A DNA stretch of 64,000 nucleotides from Octopus bimaculoides (Eukaryota), in assembly GCF_001194135.2 (NCBI RefSeq), contig NC_068982.1, positions 32,219,855 to 32,283,854 on the forward strand, read 5' to 3'. Within the stretch, counting starts at the first letter, position 1, and each line of letters starts with the position of its first letter. This document shows positions 24,753-37,076 of the stretch, one piece after another. The translations under genes were made by a program, and so were the position numbers. The notes beneath the pieces are model-generated. The model had not been told where the DNA came from. It worked only from the letters and a program-made list of their open reading frames with translations, and ran no database searches.

Positions 24753-27700
24753 AGACTGTGGATTTCGAAGAGGAAGGATGTTTGTTCTTGATCTGTAAGT
24801 TTTTGTTCAATTTTTACAGGTAATATTGTCGTATCTGAAAACTATTTATGATATTTCTGTAGCCAGGCTGACTGGGCTCTTGCTGAGCTTAGGCGGGACT
24901 TTACCCTATTTTGGGGCGAATTTTCAATCTAAATTCTCAATTTTTTTCTTTTTTCACTTCTGAAATTTGCAAAATGTCATTGGAGAAGAGTGTGAGTTCT
25001 TCGTTTCTTTTTGACTTTCTTCTCTGCTATCGGAAAACAGCCAAAAAACTTTTAAAATTAATTGTCCCCGCCCTATCCGTGCCTTAAAAGGCACAGAGAG
25101 GGATGACCAAAGTCTTGCTAGCACATGCAACGCTGAGCAACAGAAGGAAAAAGAAGAAAAGAAACGAGAGAAAGAAGAGGAAATTCAGCTAATGGATGCT
25201 GCTAGCGTCACGACACCTGTAAATCAAAGCCCTCCCACTACCAACACTAGCATTCACACATTGACCACTCAACAACAACAATCCAATGCATTAAACAGCT
25301 GAGGTAATTGCTTCAATAGCTAAACCTATAAATGGAGTCATTAATGTTTCTGTAGAATCTCTCAAAGACTAGAGAAACATGTTAAAAAGAAAAAGCAAAA
25401 GATGTGTTTCGATAAAACACACCTCCAGATATTATAGACAATACAAACAAACGTACCATAGTGTACAAAACTATATCTTTAAATAATAGACCTTTAAAAA
25501 CTGCCACAAAGCAAGCAGTTGATAAATGCTTGCAACCCATTTGGAAAGAGGTAACATATCTGTCTAGAGGTAAGAAATATGGCACAATTGAAGTCAGATT
25601 TTCTGGTGAAGACGTAACAAAACAGCACTCAACAGCCCAGCTGAGAAACTTGGGACAGCGCGTCGCCAAGATAAAAATATTGGAGACACCACCAGAAATT
25701 AACGCTTGCTAGATTGTCGCAGCCGTCCTCCTCGACTTGGAATATAAAATCAGAATCATCCAAGTCGAGAAACAAGAAAAATAACTGGACTGCTCAGGAA
25801 TTGCAAATAATAGTCCAAATAAACCAAGAAGTTTTGGAACAAATTCCTGACCAACTCAGCCTTCCAGATATCATTATGCTGAACGTCACAGTTGAGGGCA
25901 GAAGGCCAAGATGTTATCAATGCGGACAGAACAACCATCTGAAAGCCTTCTGCCCACAACTAAAACAGGAGGAAACTACCTCCTTGATACAAGCACCACC
26001 CACACCACAACAAGTGAAGCCACCCCAACTACAAAAGCAACCCCAACTACAAAAGCAACCCCAATAAGAGAAAAAAACTCACGAAAAGAAAGCAGAGAGG
26101 GCTTCAGCAAACACCACCCCAATAACAACCACACGAGAGACAACAACGCCAAAAACAGAGGCGCTGACCACAACCACCGTCACAGCGTCTACAATAAAAC
26201 ACCATCAATGCCAGAAGAACAAAAAAAAAACATCAGCAAATTTCGACCCACTGGAACTACCTCTTCCCTACTCTGACCACTCAGACATGTCGTGCGGAGA
26301 GGCCGACAGAACTGAGTGGACAGAAGTCACACACAAAAGACTAAGAAAAAGGCACAACGGTACACCAACAAATAAATAAACTGCACCCCCCCAAAAAGCA
26401 TTCAAAATCACCCGAAAACAACAACAATACACCAACATCACCACTACCAACACCGCAGACACAGCCAGCAGTACAAGGCACAACAGGGTCAACACAAAAA
26501 GTAAACGAAAATAACAAAAACACCACAAAACTTACCGCCATAAACACAGACAATACAAACTTACTACTATACATAAAGGAAAATACAGACATCAAAATGA
26601 CTGTCTTTGTTTCCCCTATGGATAATACACCACCACTACACATACAGATACTTCGAACATCGCAACATATATGAAGTAACATAAAATCCAAACTTTCACA
26701 GACGGTTGGAGGCTTCAGTACGAAAGTGTCCTGGAGCATCTATAAATCCTTGGTCATGGAGACAACCACAACCCACTTAAGGAGCGGGGCATCTGCCCTG
26801 CTCCCATCCCAGAGAGCTAACAGTAAGCAGTCCTCTCCTTTTTCTCTTTACCAGCCACTCAACTGGTCACACTCAAAACAGGTTGCATAAATGTACGTGG
26901 CTTGGGGTCCCCTTGGAAACATGGCCACCTGTTCAATGACCTCAGGTCACGAAGAATAGATGTAATAGCCATTACTGAATCCAAACTAACCGAACCGCGA
27001 ACTTTCATGCCCATTTTCGATGACTACGAGATCTATACATCTCCGTGTCGGCTGGGAATGGGGTGGTGGGAGTACTGCAGTATTATTTCGGAAAGGTCTG
27101 GATCTCAAAATAAGGTCAGTCTTCTTGGACCCAGAGGGTAAGCTGGTGGTCCTGGACGTGAATGGTAGTAGCGGTGGGGTCTTCAGACGGTCGCTGTTTA
27201 CGCACCGACAGGTGCAGAACAGCTAGAATACTTCAGGCGACTGGAGGTCTTCCTGGGTACGTGCCTACCTTTAGTGTTAGTGGGTGATTTCAACGCCATC
27301 TTAGATGCACAATTGGATTGTGTTGGCTAGCCAATGGGAAAAGGGGTTGCAAAAGCCTCGCAAACCTGCTCAGACACTTTTAACTGTCTGACAAGTACCG
27401 ACTGGATTTCCTGAATGTGCCAATGTGGAGATGGGCAAACCGCATCGGAACATCCCGATCGTATCTAGATAAAGTATTTTGCAGTTCTTTACATAGGGGT
27501 AGTATTAGTTGTCCACCATTTCAAATAGTCGGCTACACAGAACACAAATTGGTGACCTGTAAGGTCGACTTAGATAGCATACTGGAAGCTGAACACGTCA
27601 CTCTCGGCGTGCCAAGCTTGCAGAGACCGGATTAAAGAGTTAGTTCAGAAAGCTTTGACAGAAGCAATCGTCGACAATAGCTGGTGATATAACCTAAAAA

Positions 27701-27866
27701 GGACCGTCAAAGTAGAATCAGTTAGATTTAGCAAAGTTTTAGCTGTAAATAGAAATAGAATAGAGGGTGATTTAGTGAGAAAGCCAGAAGAGGCGCTTAG
27801 GAAAGGCGTTGCAACTGATGTGCTGGCAGCGGAGGTTGGCCTTCGATGAACACTTCAACGAAGACC
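24751..27866 (+). mobile_element. Tx1/L1-clade LINE, 5' half: 5'UTR, broken ORF1 with CCHC knuckle, apurinic-endonuclease start of ORF2
   Basis: ORF1 pieces LSRGKKYGTIEVRF, ETPPEIN, CYQCGQNNHLKAFC (C-x2-C-x4-H-x4-C); ORF2 CINVRGL..LNDL..IDVIAITESKL, VLVGDFNAILD, SYLDKVF. Confidence 0.85.
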
Positions 27867-28382
27867 AATTTTCATGGAAAACTGGTTTGATGGTTCGAAA
27901 TACTGTGATGTGTTAGAAAAGGGACAGCTTCTAATTTATGACACCAGTAAAATAGATAAGAACACCTCTCTCTTTTTCAAGAAGATGGAGCACCTTATCA
28001 TATGAGCAAAGTTTCAAATGCCTGGAAAGAAATGCATGACATCAAGTCCCTCAGGTGAGTACCTCAAAGCTCCAGCTTGAACCCCGTTGAGCATGTCTGG
28101 GAGTACCTTGAGAGACAAATTCAAGCTAATTCTGCCAAAGTTACATCTGTGATAGCCCTCAAAAACACTCTCTTGGAAACATGGAAAAACATGGATCAAA
28201 CTATTGCCACTAACTTAGCTGAAACGATGAAAAACTGTGTAAAAGCTGTGAAATTTGCAAAAGGAAGCTCTACCAAATAATGGTGCAAATTTTCCGACAA
28301 TTCTGTTGGGTATTTGAGTCATTAAACTTTGAATATGATTACTGTTTTATTCCCTTGACTAAAAACTTATCACAGGCCACTG
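27867..28382 (+). mobile_element. Tc1 transposase 3' fragment with right terminal repeat
   Basis: FQEDGAPYH, PQSSSLNPVEHVWEYL, AVKFAKGSSTK*; ends ...CACAGGCCACTG|TA. Confidence 0.8.
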
Positions 28383-29694
28383 TATATGGTTATAAATCAG
28401 TTGATGATGATGGAATTTGGGTTTAGAATTTTATAATGTTCATATAAGATACATAAGGAGGTCAGTGAGTGCACTTTAGATATATGCATTTGTTGATAGT
28501 TACCAGAATAAAGAATTTATCTATAGTAACAATAAGGAATTGATATTTAAAATTGTAAGTTCAGTGAAAAGTATGAATGTGGCATAATCTGAGTGTAAGA
28601 ATAACATGGAAGTAAACAGAAAGATCTTAAAATTTGTACATTAACAGAGAATATATATAAGTGATTGCTAAAATATAGTATGTGGTTACCAGGAAATAAT
28701 ATTTAGTTAAATCATTGTATTAGAATTATGAGAAATACATAGAGTGAAATAAAGTATTATGGACTATGGGTTCAAGTTAGTGATGAATTTAGAATAGGGG
28801 AAGCAAATAAGGATTTCAGAGAAGTATATAGAATGATAATCATAGCAAAAGATGAGGAAAGTGGTGTGCTATAGATTTAATTAAATTAAGTAAGCACAAG
28901 ATGTACTTGTAGTTTATACAGGTGAGAATTGTGGGGAGAGATTCAAAATGCTATGTTTAGATTTGTAATAAAATCAGAATGTTTTGAAGAACCTGTGGAC
29001 ACATGTGGTAGATATTATATTTTGTCTGTTCAGTAACTTGATGGATTATGTAACAGGATTTTATAGACTCTTTTAAGCAGAACCAACACGGGGCATTTAC
29101 ACCCAGATATGATATTTCAGTATTGATGATACATCTAGTAATATTATATTTTATACACAGAAGCTTCATTGGCAGTAGGGCCCACCTTGGCAGCACTAAC
29201 TAGCCTCATATTACAATTGGTAATAAAGGCAATAACTCTAATGCTTTCAAATTTTAGCACAAGGCCAACAATTTCAGGAAAGGGGCTATGTCAGTCATAT
29301 CAACCCCAGTGCTCAACAGGTATTACTTTATCAACCCCAAAAGGATGAAAGGCAAAGTTGACCTCTGCAGAATTTGAACTCAGAATATACAGAAGGACAA
29401 AATGCCATTAAGCACTTTGCCCTGCATGCTAACAGTTCTGCCAGTTCACCACCTTGGCAATAACTCTAATAATAACAATAATAATAATAATAATAGCAAC
29501 AAAAACAACAATATTGATAGTAGAGTTGGTGGTGATGGTGTTGCTGGTGTTGCTGGTATTGGTGGCAATGATATCAGTGATGATAATAATGATAATAATG
29601 AAAGGAACAGGTGGAGTCTTCCCATGTCCTGATTAATGATACATCTTGTGATGGTGTCACAATAAAAACACCGGCAATTGCGCAACTGCTTATT

Positions 29695-30406
29695 TTGAAG
29701 GAAATTTTAAATATTCACAGGAAATTGTAGATAGTCCAGTCTTTGGGAATAGTAGGAGGAAGAGATGTTCACCTTGTTGAATTTTTGAATTTCTAAAGTT
29801 TTTTTTCTTTTGGAATTTTTCTTTTCTTTTTAAATGTTTTGCTGTGGTTTACAGTTTTTGTAGTTGTGCAGTATGTATATATTGGCAGGTGCTTACCTCC
29901 TTAATAGTTTGCATTTGTGTTGTTACAGTAGAAGGCATGTTTACATATTCAGGTAGTCAGGGAAAAAGGAAAGATAAAATGTTCACACAAAATTGGAGAT
30001 ATTAAAGTTTCTAAATTGTTTGAGATGTTCGTTCAGAGAAGACTGTAGTGTTTTTGCAATAAAAAAAGGATGTTTACATTTTCGAATACTCAGGGAGAAA
30101 GGAAAGGAAGAAAAGGAAGATAATTTTTTTTAGAGAACTGTAGATATTAAGGTTTTAAAATTTACTAGAGATGATCTTTTTTCTGTCTGAACAGAGGAAA
30201 CTGTAGTGTTCTTGGAATAAAGAGGATGTTTACATTTCTAAATACTCAGGGAGAAAGGAAAGGATAGGTATTCACAGAAGTTGTAGATATTAAGGTTTTA
30301 AAGTTGATCATCTATGTGTTTGAAAACTGTAGGTATGTAAGTTTCTTAACTTATTTTGAGGGAAATTCAAAATACTCACAGGAAATTGTAGATATTCCAG
30401 TCTTTG
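29695..30406. repeat. Degenerate tandem repeat block bounded by about 52-bp direct repeats
   Basis: TTTTGA.GGAAATT..AAATA.TCACAGGAAATTGTAGATA.TCCAGTCTTTG at 29695 and 30355; ATGTTTACAT...CAGGGA.AAAGGAAAG units at 29937, 30070 and 30226. Confidence 0.75.
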
Positions 30407-30546
30407 AGATTTATTTTTCAGTTGTCCTGCTGGGTTGTATTAGTGTTTCTGTGTCTTCAGCTGCTGACAGGCCAGAGCAGCGAAGAACACATTATTATTA
30501 TTATTGTTGTTGTTGTTGTTGTTGTTTTTGTTGTTATTATTGTCAT

Positions 30547-30578
<32 letters not shown>

Positions 30579-31215
30579 TTATTATTATTACAATAATTGC
30601 AGGCTGTGGGTGAATTTTGAGGATAATAATGATGATGTCACTGTTTAGTTAACCACAGGTGTCTTCTAACATGACAATCATATTTTTTTACTAGAATTCT
30701 TACTATTAAGTGGTTTACATTTAATGGCTCTTAACTCTCCTTGTATCTATATTAAATTTCCCTTGATATATGTAAAATCAATAAAAGCAACAAAGGATAA
30801 AGGATACTGATAGTATATATTGATCCTTTGCGGGACATATCCTGCATTTCATGCTTGAATAGTTTTGGTTGTACTACTGGGTTGTTAATGCTGCCTTGCT
30901 TTATTGACTGACTGTCTTGGCTGTCTGCCAGTGTTAATACACATTTTTACCAACCATGTGAACTGAAGCAGCATGAAGTAAAATACTTTGCTCAACAACA
31001 CAAACATTCTCCCTGCTGGGCCAGGAATCAAACTCATGACCTGATGATCAAGGGCTTAGTAGCCTAGCCACTAGGCCACATGTCTTCTTTAGAATCAATT
31101 TGAAAAACTAAGAAATAAAGATCAGTGAGTTGTTATAGTTGATCAGCCTGCTTGAGATAGCAATCAAATTTGTATACTACAAAAGTAAGGAAATTTGTTC
31201 ATACATCCGCCCTCC

Positions 31216-31252
<37 letters not shown>

Positions 31253-31425
31253 TAGATGTGTTTGATGTGTGACAATTAAGTTACACATGTTTCAGCTCAA
31301 ATACTCCCAGGAACCCAGTTCAAGAAGAACCAATTAAATATGTTGAGAAAAATTAAATTCAGGAAATTTAAAGACAGTTTTCAGTGGCACATTCACAACT
31401 CTGACAAATTGTACATACAAAACTG

Positions 31426-32142
31426 NNNNNNNNNNNNNNNNNNNNNNNNNNNNNNNNNNNNNNNNNNNNNNNNNNNNNNNNNNNNNNNNNNNNNNNNNNN
31501 NNNNNNNNNNNNNNNNNNNNNNNNNNNNNNNNNNNNNNNNNNNNNNNNNNNNNNNNNNNNNNNNNNNNNNNNNNNNNNNNNNNNNNNNNNNNNNNNNNNN
31601 NNNNNNNNNNNNNNNNNNNNNNNNNNNNNNNNNNNNNNNNNNNNNNNNNNNNNNNNNNNNNNNNNNNNNNNNNNNNNNNNNNNNNNNNNNNNNNNNNNNN
31701 NNNNNNNNNNNNNNNNNNNNNNNNNNNNNNNNNNNNNNNNNNNNNNNNNNNNNNNNNNNNNNNNNNNNNNNNNNNNNNNNNNNNNNNNNNNNNNNNNNNN
31801 NNNNNNNNNNNNNNNNNNNNNNNNNNNNNNNNNNNNNNNNNNNNNNNNNNNNNNNNNNNNNNNNNNNNNNNNNNNNNNNNNNNNNNNNNNNNNNNNNNNN
31901 NNNNNNNNNNNNNNNNNNNNNNNNNNNNNNNNNNNNNNNNNNNNNNNNNNNNNNNNNNNNNNNNNNNNNNNNNNNNNNNNNNNNNNNNNNNNNNNNNNNN
32001 NNNNNNNNNNNNNNNNNNNNNNNNNNNNNNNNNNNNNNNNNNNNNNNNNNNNNNNNNNNNNNNNNNNNNNNNNNNNNNNNNNNNNNNNNNNNNNNNNNNN
32101 NNNNNNNNNNNNNNNNNNNNNNNNNNNNNNNNNNNNNNNNNN
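31426..32142. other. Assembly gap
   Basis: Run of N. Confidence 0.99.
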
Positions 32143-32195
<53 letters not shown>

Positions 32196-32572
32196 CACAA
32201 CAGGGTTCTTCCAGTTTCCCTCTATCAAATCCCCTCACAAGGCTTTGGTCAGCCCGAAGCTATAGTAAAAGACACTTGCTAAAGATGCCTCGCAGTGGAT
32301 GGTAAGCAAGCTACTTACCACACACCCACTCCGGCGCTTAATTGTATATAAATAATTGATAACAAAGAGGAGTGATGGACCTTTGCTGAAATTGCAGCAA
32401 CTAGGATGCATAATTGCATACAAAGCAATGTGCAGTTGCTGCAGATGAAACATATGTAGATCAGTGTTATATATGTTTCAGAAAACCTTTTATCTAAAAA
32501 TAATGTAACAAGCACTACTGACGCAATAGGGCATGGTACTGATTTATAAAAAAACATTTAGTATACTTCATA

Positions 32573-32672
32573 TCAGGTCATCCCATAAGTTCTGTCCAAA
32601 TTTTGAATAAAGAAAACTTGGGATCAAATGTCATATTTAATTGAAATTTAATCGTCAATGTACTTTCCCTGC
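32573..32672 (-). mobile_element. Mariner 3' end fragment, same family as 44186-45471
   Basis: TCAGGTCATCCCATAAGTTCTGTCC.AATTTTGAATAAAGAAAAC shared with 44186. Confidence 0.8.
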
Positions 32673-33240
32673 CATTTGACAGCCTTCCTACTTACTAAGA
32701 CTTTGGTCTTTGCTTGGTTAACCCTAAGGCCCTTCCATTCTAGAGCTTGCTTCCACACCTTAAACTTCGTCTCCAGTTCTGGCAGTGACTCAACTATTAG
32801 AGCAAAATCATCATCATAGAGGAGCTCCCAGGGGCAGCCTGTCTTGAATTCCTCTGTTATTGCCTGGAGGGCTATAATGAATAAGAGGGGGCTGAGGACT
32901 GATCCTTGGTGAACCCCTACTTCCACTCGGAATTTTTCACTATACTCATTGCCAACCCTCACCTTACTGACAGCATCCCTATACAGGGCTTGTATAGCTC
33001 TTACCAGCCACTCATCTATCCCTAGTTTCCGCATTGGCTACCTGATAAGGTATCGGGGGACCCTGTCAAAGGCTTTCTCCAAGTCAACAAAAGCCAAGTA
33101 CAGAGGTTTATCTTTGGCTACGTATTTCTCCTGCAGTTGCCTTACCAGAAATATAACATCAGTGGTGCTTCTGCCTGGCACAAAACCAAACTGCATCTTG
33201 TCTAGGCTAACTCTCTCCCTAATTAATTGTTTGTTTGCTA
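32673..33240 (-). mobile_element. RTE-clade LINE reverse transcriptase fragment
   Basis: QFGFVPGRSTTD, AFVDLEKAFDRVP, VGVHQGSVLSPLLF, WELLYDDD (YADD variant), GLRVN.AKTK. Confidence 0.85.
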
Positions 33241-34624
33241 TGATGATATTTAAGGCAGTGAATTGTCAGAATCGTTAGCACGCTGGGCAAAATGCTTAGC
33301 AGCATTTAATCTGCCTTTACATTCTGAGTTCAAATTCTGCCAAGGTAGACTTTGCCTTACATTCTTTCCTGGTCAATAAAATAAGTACCAGTAACAGGAG
33401 TTGATGTAATCGACTTTCCCCTACACCCTGCCATGAACTTGCTGGTCTTGTGCCAAAAACTGAAATTAATATATATAACTGTACTACATAATGAAATTTC
33501 TTAATCCTTATCACTGAATATCATCATAGCAAACAAACAATTCTATTGATATAATTTTCTACTTATATTTAACTTAATATATATTTATTATATTCATATT
33601 TATTTTTTATCCCTTTGTGTATACTTTCGTTAATTTTGTATACCAGTTCAGTAAATAAATATTATTATTATAATCATTAGTACACTTTTATTGTTTGGAT
33701 AACATTTTTCAATGAATTCATAAATGCTCAGATATAATCATTATAAGTTCTTTAACACTTTCTTTCTCTAATTGAATTATTGTTTGGAAAGAAAAATTGA
33801 AAAAAATTTAAATACTGAATCAATAATAAAACTCATATCTGAATATTGTTTATGTTATTATTTTTTTATATCATTCTTTGTTATATTTTTTCTTTTTTAC
33901 TGTAAGTGATATAGAGATTTAATTACAGTTTGTTTTTATTTTTTGTTGTAATATATTAGTAACTTTTTGAATTTTTAAAATATTAAAATTTCTGGACTTT
34001 CACCAAACACAACCAAAAATTAATGCCATAAATTATAAGTTCTGCCAGACTAATTTGATTGGTTACATTTCAACACTATGCAGATGTTTTCATCAGATGA
34101 TTTATTATGTGATCACACAGTGAGATGACAAAGTCTTTTGTAACAGACAGGGGAATGTGTTTAAATTATGTATATTTTTTTCTCTAAATCAAGGAAGTCA
34201 GAACCAAAATGTAAAATGAATAAAAACTAAAACAAAAGTATATATAGTTATGCATTTTATTCTATTTCTCCATCCTTTTTACCATTAGCTTTTATAAAGT
34301 TTGTCATTTAAGATAGATATATAGGAATTCCAAATGTGGAAGTCATAAAATTAATATCCAGTTATTTATGTATCTTTATTAAAATAAATTTGTTAGCTAA
34401 CTACATATTTTTCTTATTCATTCATAATTTTATTATTTTACTAGTATGGAGTGATGAATTGATAAAAATCTAATAAGTGAAGAATTGGACAAAATATATT
34501 GTGCTGTTTGTTCTGGCCCTTTTGCTTTTGAGCACAAATTCCAGTTAGTCAATTTTGGTTTTCATTCTTCTGTAAAGGTTGATTTAATTGGTTGTTCTCT
34601 CCTTGCAAGAATTTCTTGCCTTAT

Positions 34625-34724
34625 ATCATCATCATCATCATCATCATCACCATCACTACCACCACCACCAACAACAACAACAACAACAACAACAACAAAT
34701 CATCGTCGTTGTTGTTGTTGTCAC

Positions 34725-34769
<45 letters not shown>

Positions 34770-34775
34770 TATCAT
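34625..34775. repeat. Compound (CAT)n/(CAA)n/(GTT)n microsatellite next to gap 34792-34945
   Basis: Direct reading. Confidence 0.95.
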
Positions 34776-35973
34776 CGTTTGACATTCATTTNNNNNNNNN
34801 NNNNNNNNNNNNNNNNNNNNNNNNNNNNNNNNNNNNNNNNNNNNNNNNNNNNNNNNNNNNNNNNNNNNNNNNNNNNNNNNNNNNNNNNNNNNNNNNNNNN
34901 NNNNNNNNNNNNNNNNNNNNNNNNNNNNNNNNNNNNNNNNNNNNNATATATATATATATATACATATATACACATACACACACACAATGATAACCAAGCT
35001 TAAATCCGTTATAAGGGTTAAGTTGCCCAAGGAGATGTACAGTGAAAATGTAAAAGCTATTTTAATCAATAAAGAAAAATATAACAAGTTGAAGGAAAAG
35101 TGTCAAATTGAGCAGCCAGGATTTGTGGTGGAGTTTGATGAACTGCCGCCAGTAATAGAATTAAGTGAATTAGAGCCATATATAAGATATTAAAAAAAAG
35201 AGAAAGATTGTTTTTTAAAAAAAAAGAAGAAAAAAGAATAATCAAAATGATGCTAATAGTGAAAAACAGGGAAAAAAAGAAAAGGATTACAAACTGAAAG
35301 TAAGAATGTTCAAATGGTACTGCATGTAAGTGGGGCACATGCTGCCATTTCATCACGATTTGATTTCATTATACATTTTTTAATTTTTTTCATTCGTTTT
35401 ATGTTTTTTGTCCCCACTGTGGTGCTCTGTCTGTCCTTGTTTTGTCCCCTCTATGTTAATGGCCTGGGTGCCAAATAAAGTAAAGCAGTCAGTGAGGTAC
35501 ACTGTTCAGGCCAGTCACACAGACAACAAAATATGTCGCCATAATGCAGAACATATCATATTTATTATTACACTTTATGTTTCATAAATTTTATAAATTT
35601 TATATATATATGTGATATTTTTATATTTTCTTACACCTTTTCATAATTCTTTCATAGTGCTTGTAATTTATGAATAATTTTTTTTTACAAGATCTTTTAT
35701 AAAAGTTTATCCTATATGAAAGTACTTATTTTATTTTATTTTACCTTTTAATCATATATTATTCAATAAATAGTTACACGACTATATCGATTTAGCTATC
35801 ACTTCCATATGTGCTCTATTATGCATTTAGTATAACTCTAATCTAATTATCCCTTACATTCGATTTCATATTTTCAATATTCTATACTTATCCACCTGTA
35901 ATGAGGATAATAATCCTTGTTTTGACTTAATATATGCTGAGTACTCCTACTTAGACAATAATTTATTTCATTC

Positions 35974-36262
35974 ATAAATTTACTGTGGAATGATTTTATC
36001 CTGACCACCTTAACAATATGCTTAGGAAAGGCTTTATGAACTTTTTCTTAAATATTAAAGTACCCCATTATTAGGTTTTAGTTTAATTTCTGTCCTTTTC
36101 CTATATATTAATCTAAAATTCTTTTCTATAAATTCATTGTGGAATGGTTTTATCCTGACCACCTTAACAATATGCTGAGGAAAGGCCTTATGAACTTTCT
36201 CTTATATATTAAAGTATCCTATTATTAGGTTTTAGTTTAATTTCTATCTTTTTCCTATATAT
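35974..36262. repeat. Tandem duplication, period 154 bp
   Basis: TGTGGAATG.TTTTATCCTGACCACCTTAACAATATGCT.AGGAAAGGC at 35984 and 36138. Confidence 0.85.
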
Positions 36263-36995
36263 TGATCTATATTTGCTAAGCTATGAATTACTAAATCCCA
36301 TATCACTCAATTCTAATTCCCACCTTTAGAGCTTATTTTTACCTCTTTTGTTTTTCACTATATTCCCCTTTTATTTGATAATCTAAATAACTACTAGTCA
36401 CCCCTATTCTTCCTTCTAGCTATAACCTCTTCCCCATCAGTCATTCTCTCATTAGCAGCTCTGAGACATATCCTTTTATGTAGATAAAACTAGATATATG
36501 GTCCCAGTAAAATAAGGGTCTGGGAAGTTATCTGACATTAATTAATTTATCACCATCAGCTGGAACATAGCTGACAACTCCCAGTGGACTTAATTCTAAA
36601 TGGTTGTAGAATATATGCTGCATAAAATCTTATAACTAAAAATGAATATAAATATAAATAACTATCTCACCACTCCTATATCTTGACCCCTACTATTTTC
36701 CTCTGCTGTTCCTAAATTATAGTAAGCTTAATAAGATATGCATTATTCTCTAAATTCATTCTGCCAAAAATATAGCATAATGAAACAATGTAATTATTTT
36801 GGTTTCTAGTACTGATATAAATTTGGTAAAGACGGTTTGTCTTTTATATTGGAAATCTATATGATCATTTACTTCTGAGGAGAGCAGTTTGTTTCAAATT
36901 GATGTAATGTTTTCATCGATCGATTAAATGGAGCTGCTTGAAATTGCTGTAATGTATTGATACCTGGACATCCTTGTTATTTATTTGCATATATG

Positions 36996-37076
<81 letters not shown>

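Noticed and set aside
31334-32305. Long 280-320 aa ORFs
   Set aside because: They are artefacts of translating through the N-gap.
34440-34620. Another minus-strand frame with a lone TGA (TFTEE*KPKLTNW)
   Set aside because: No usable splice donor, and it abuts a microsatellite and a gap. It shows such single-TGA frames can arise by chance or decay, which tempers the TGA findings.
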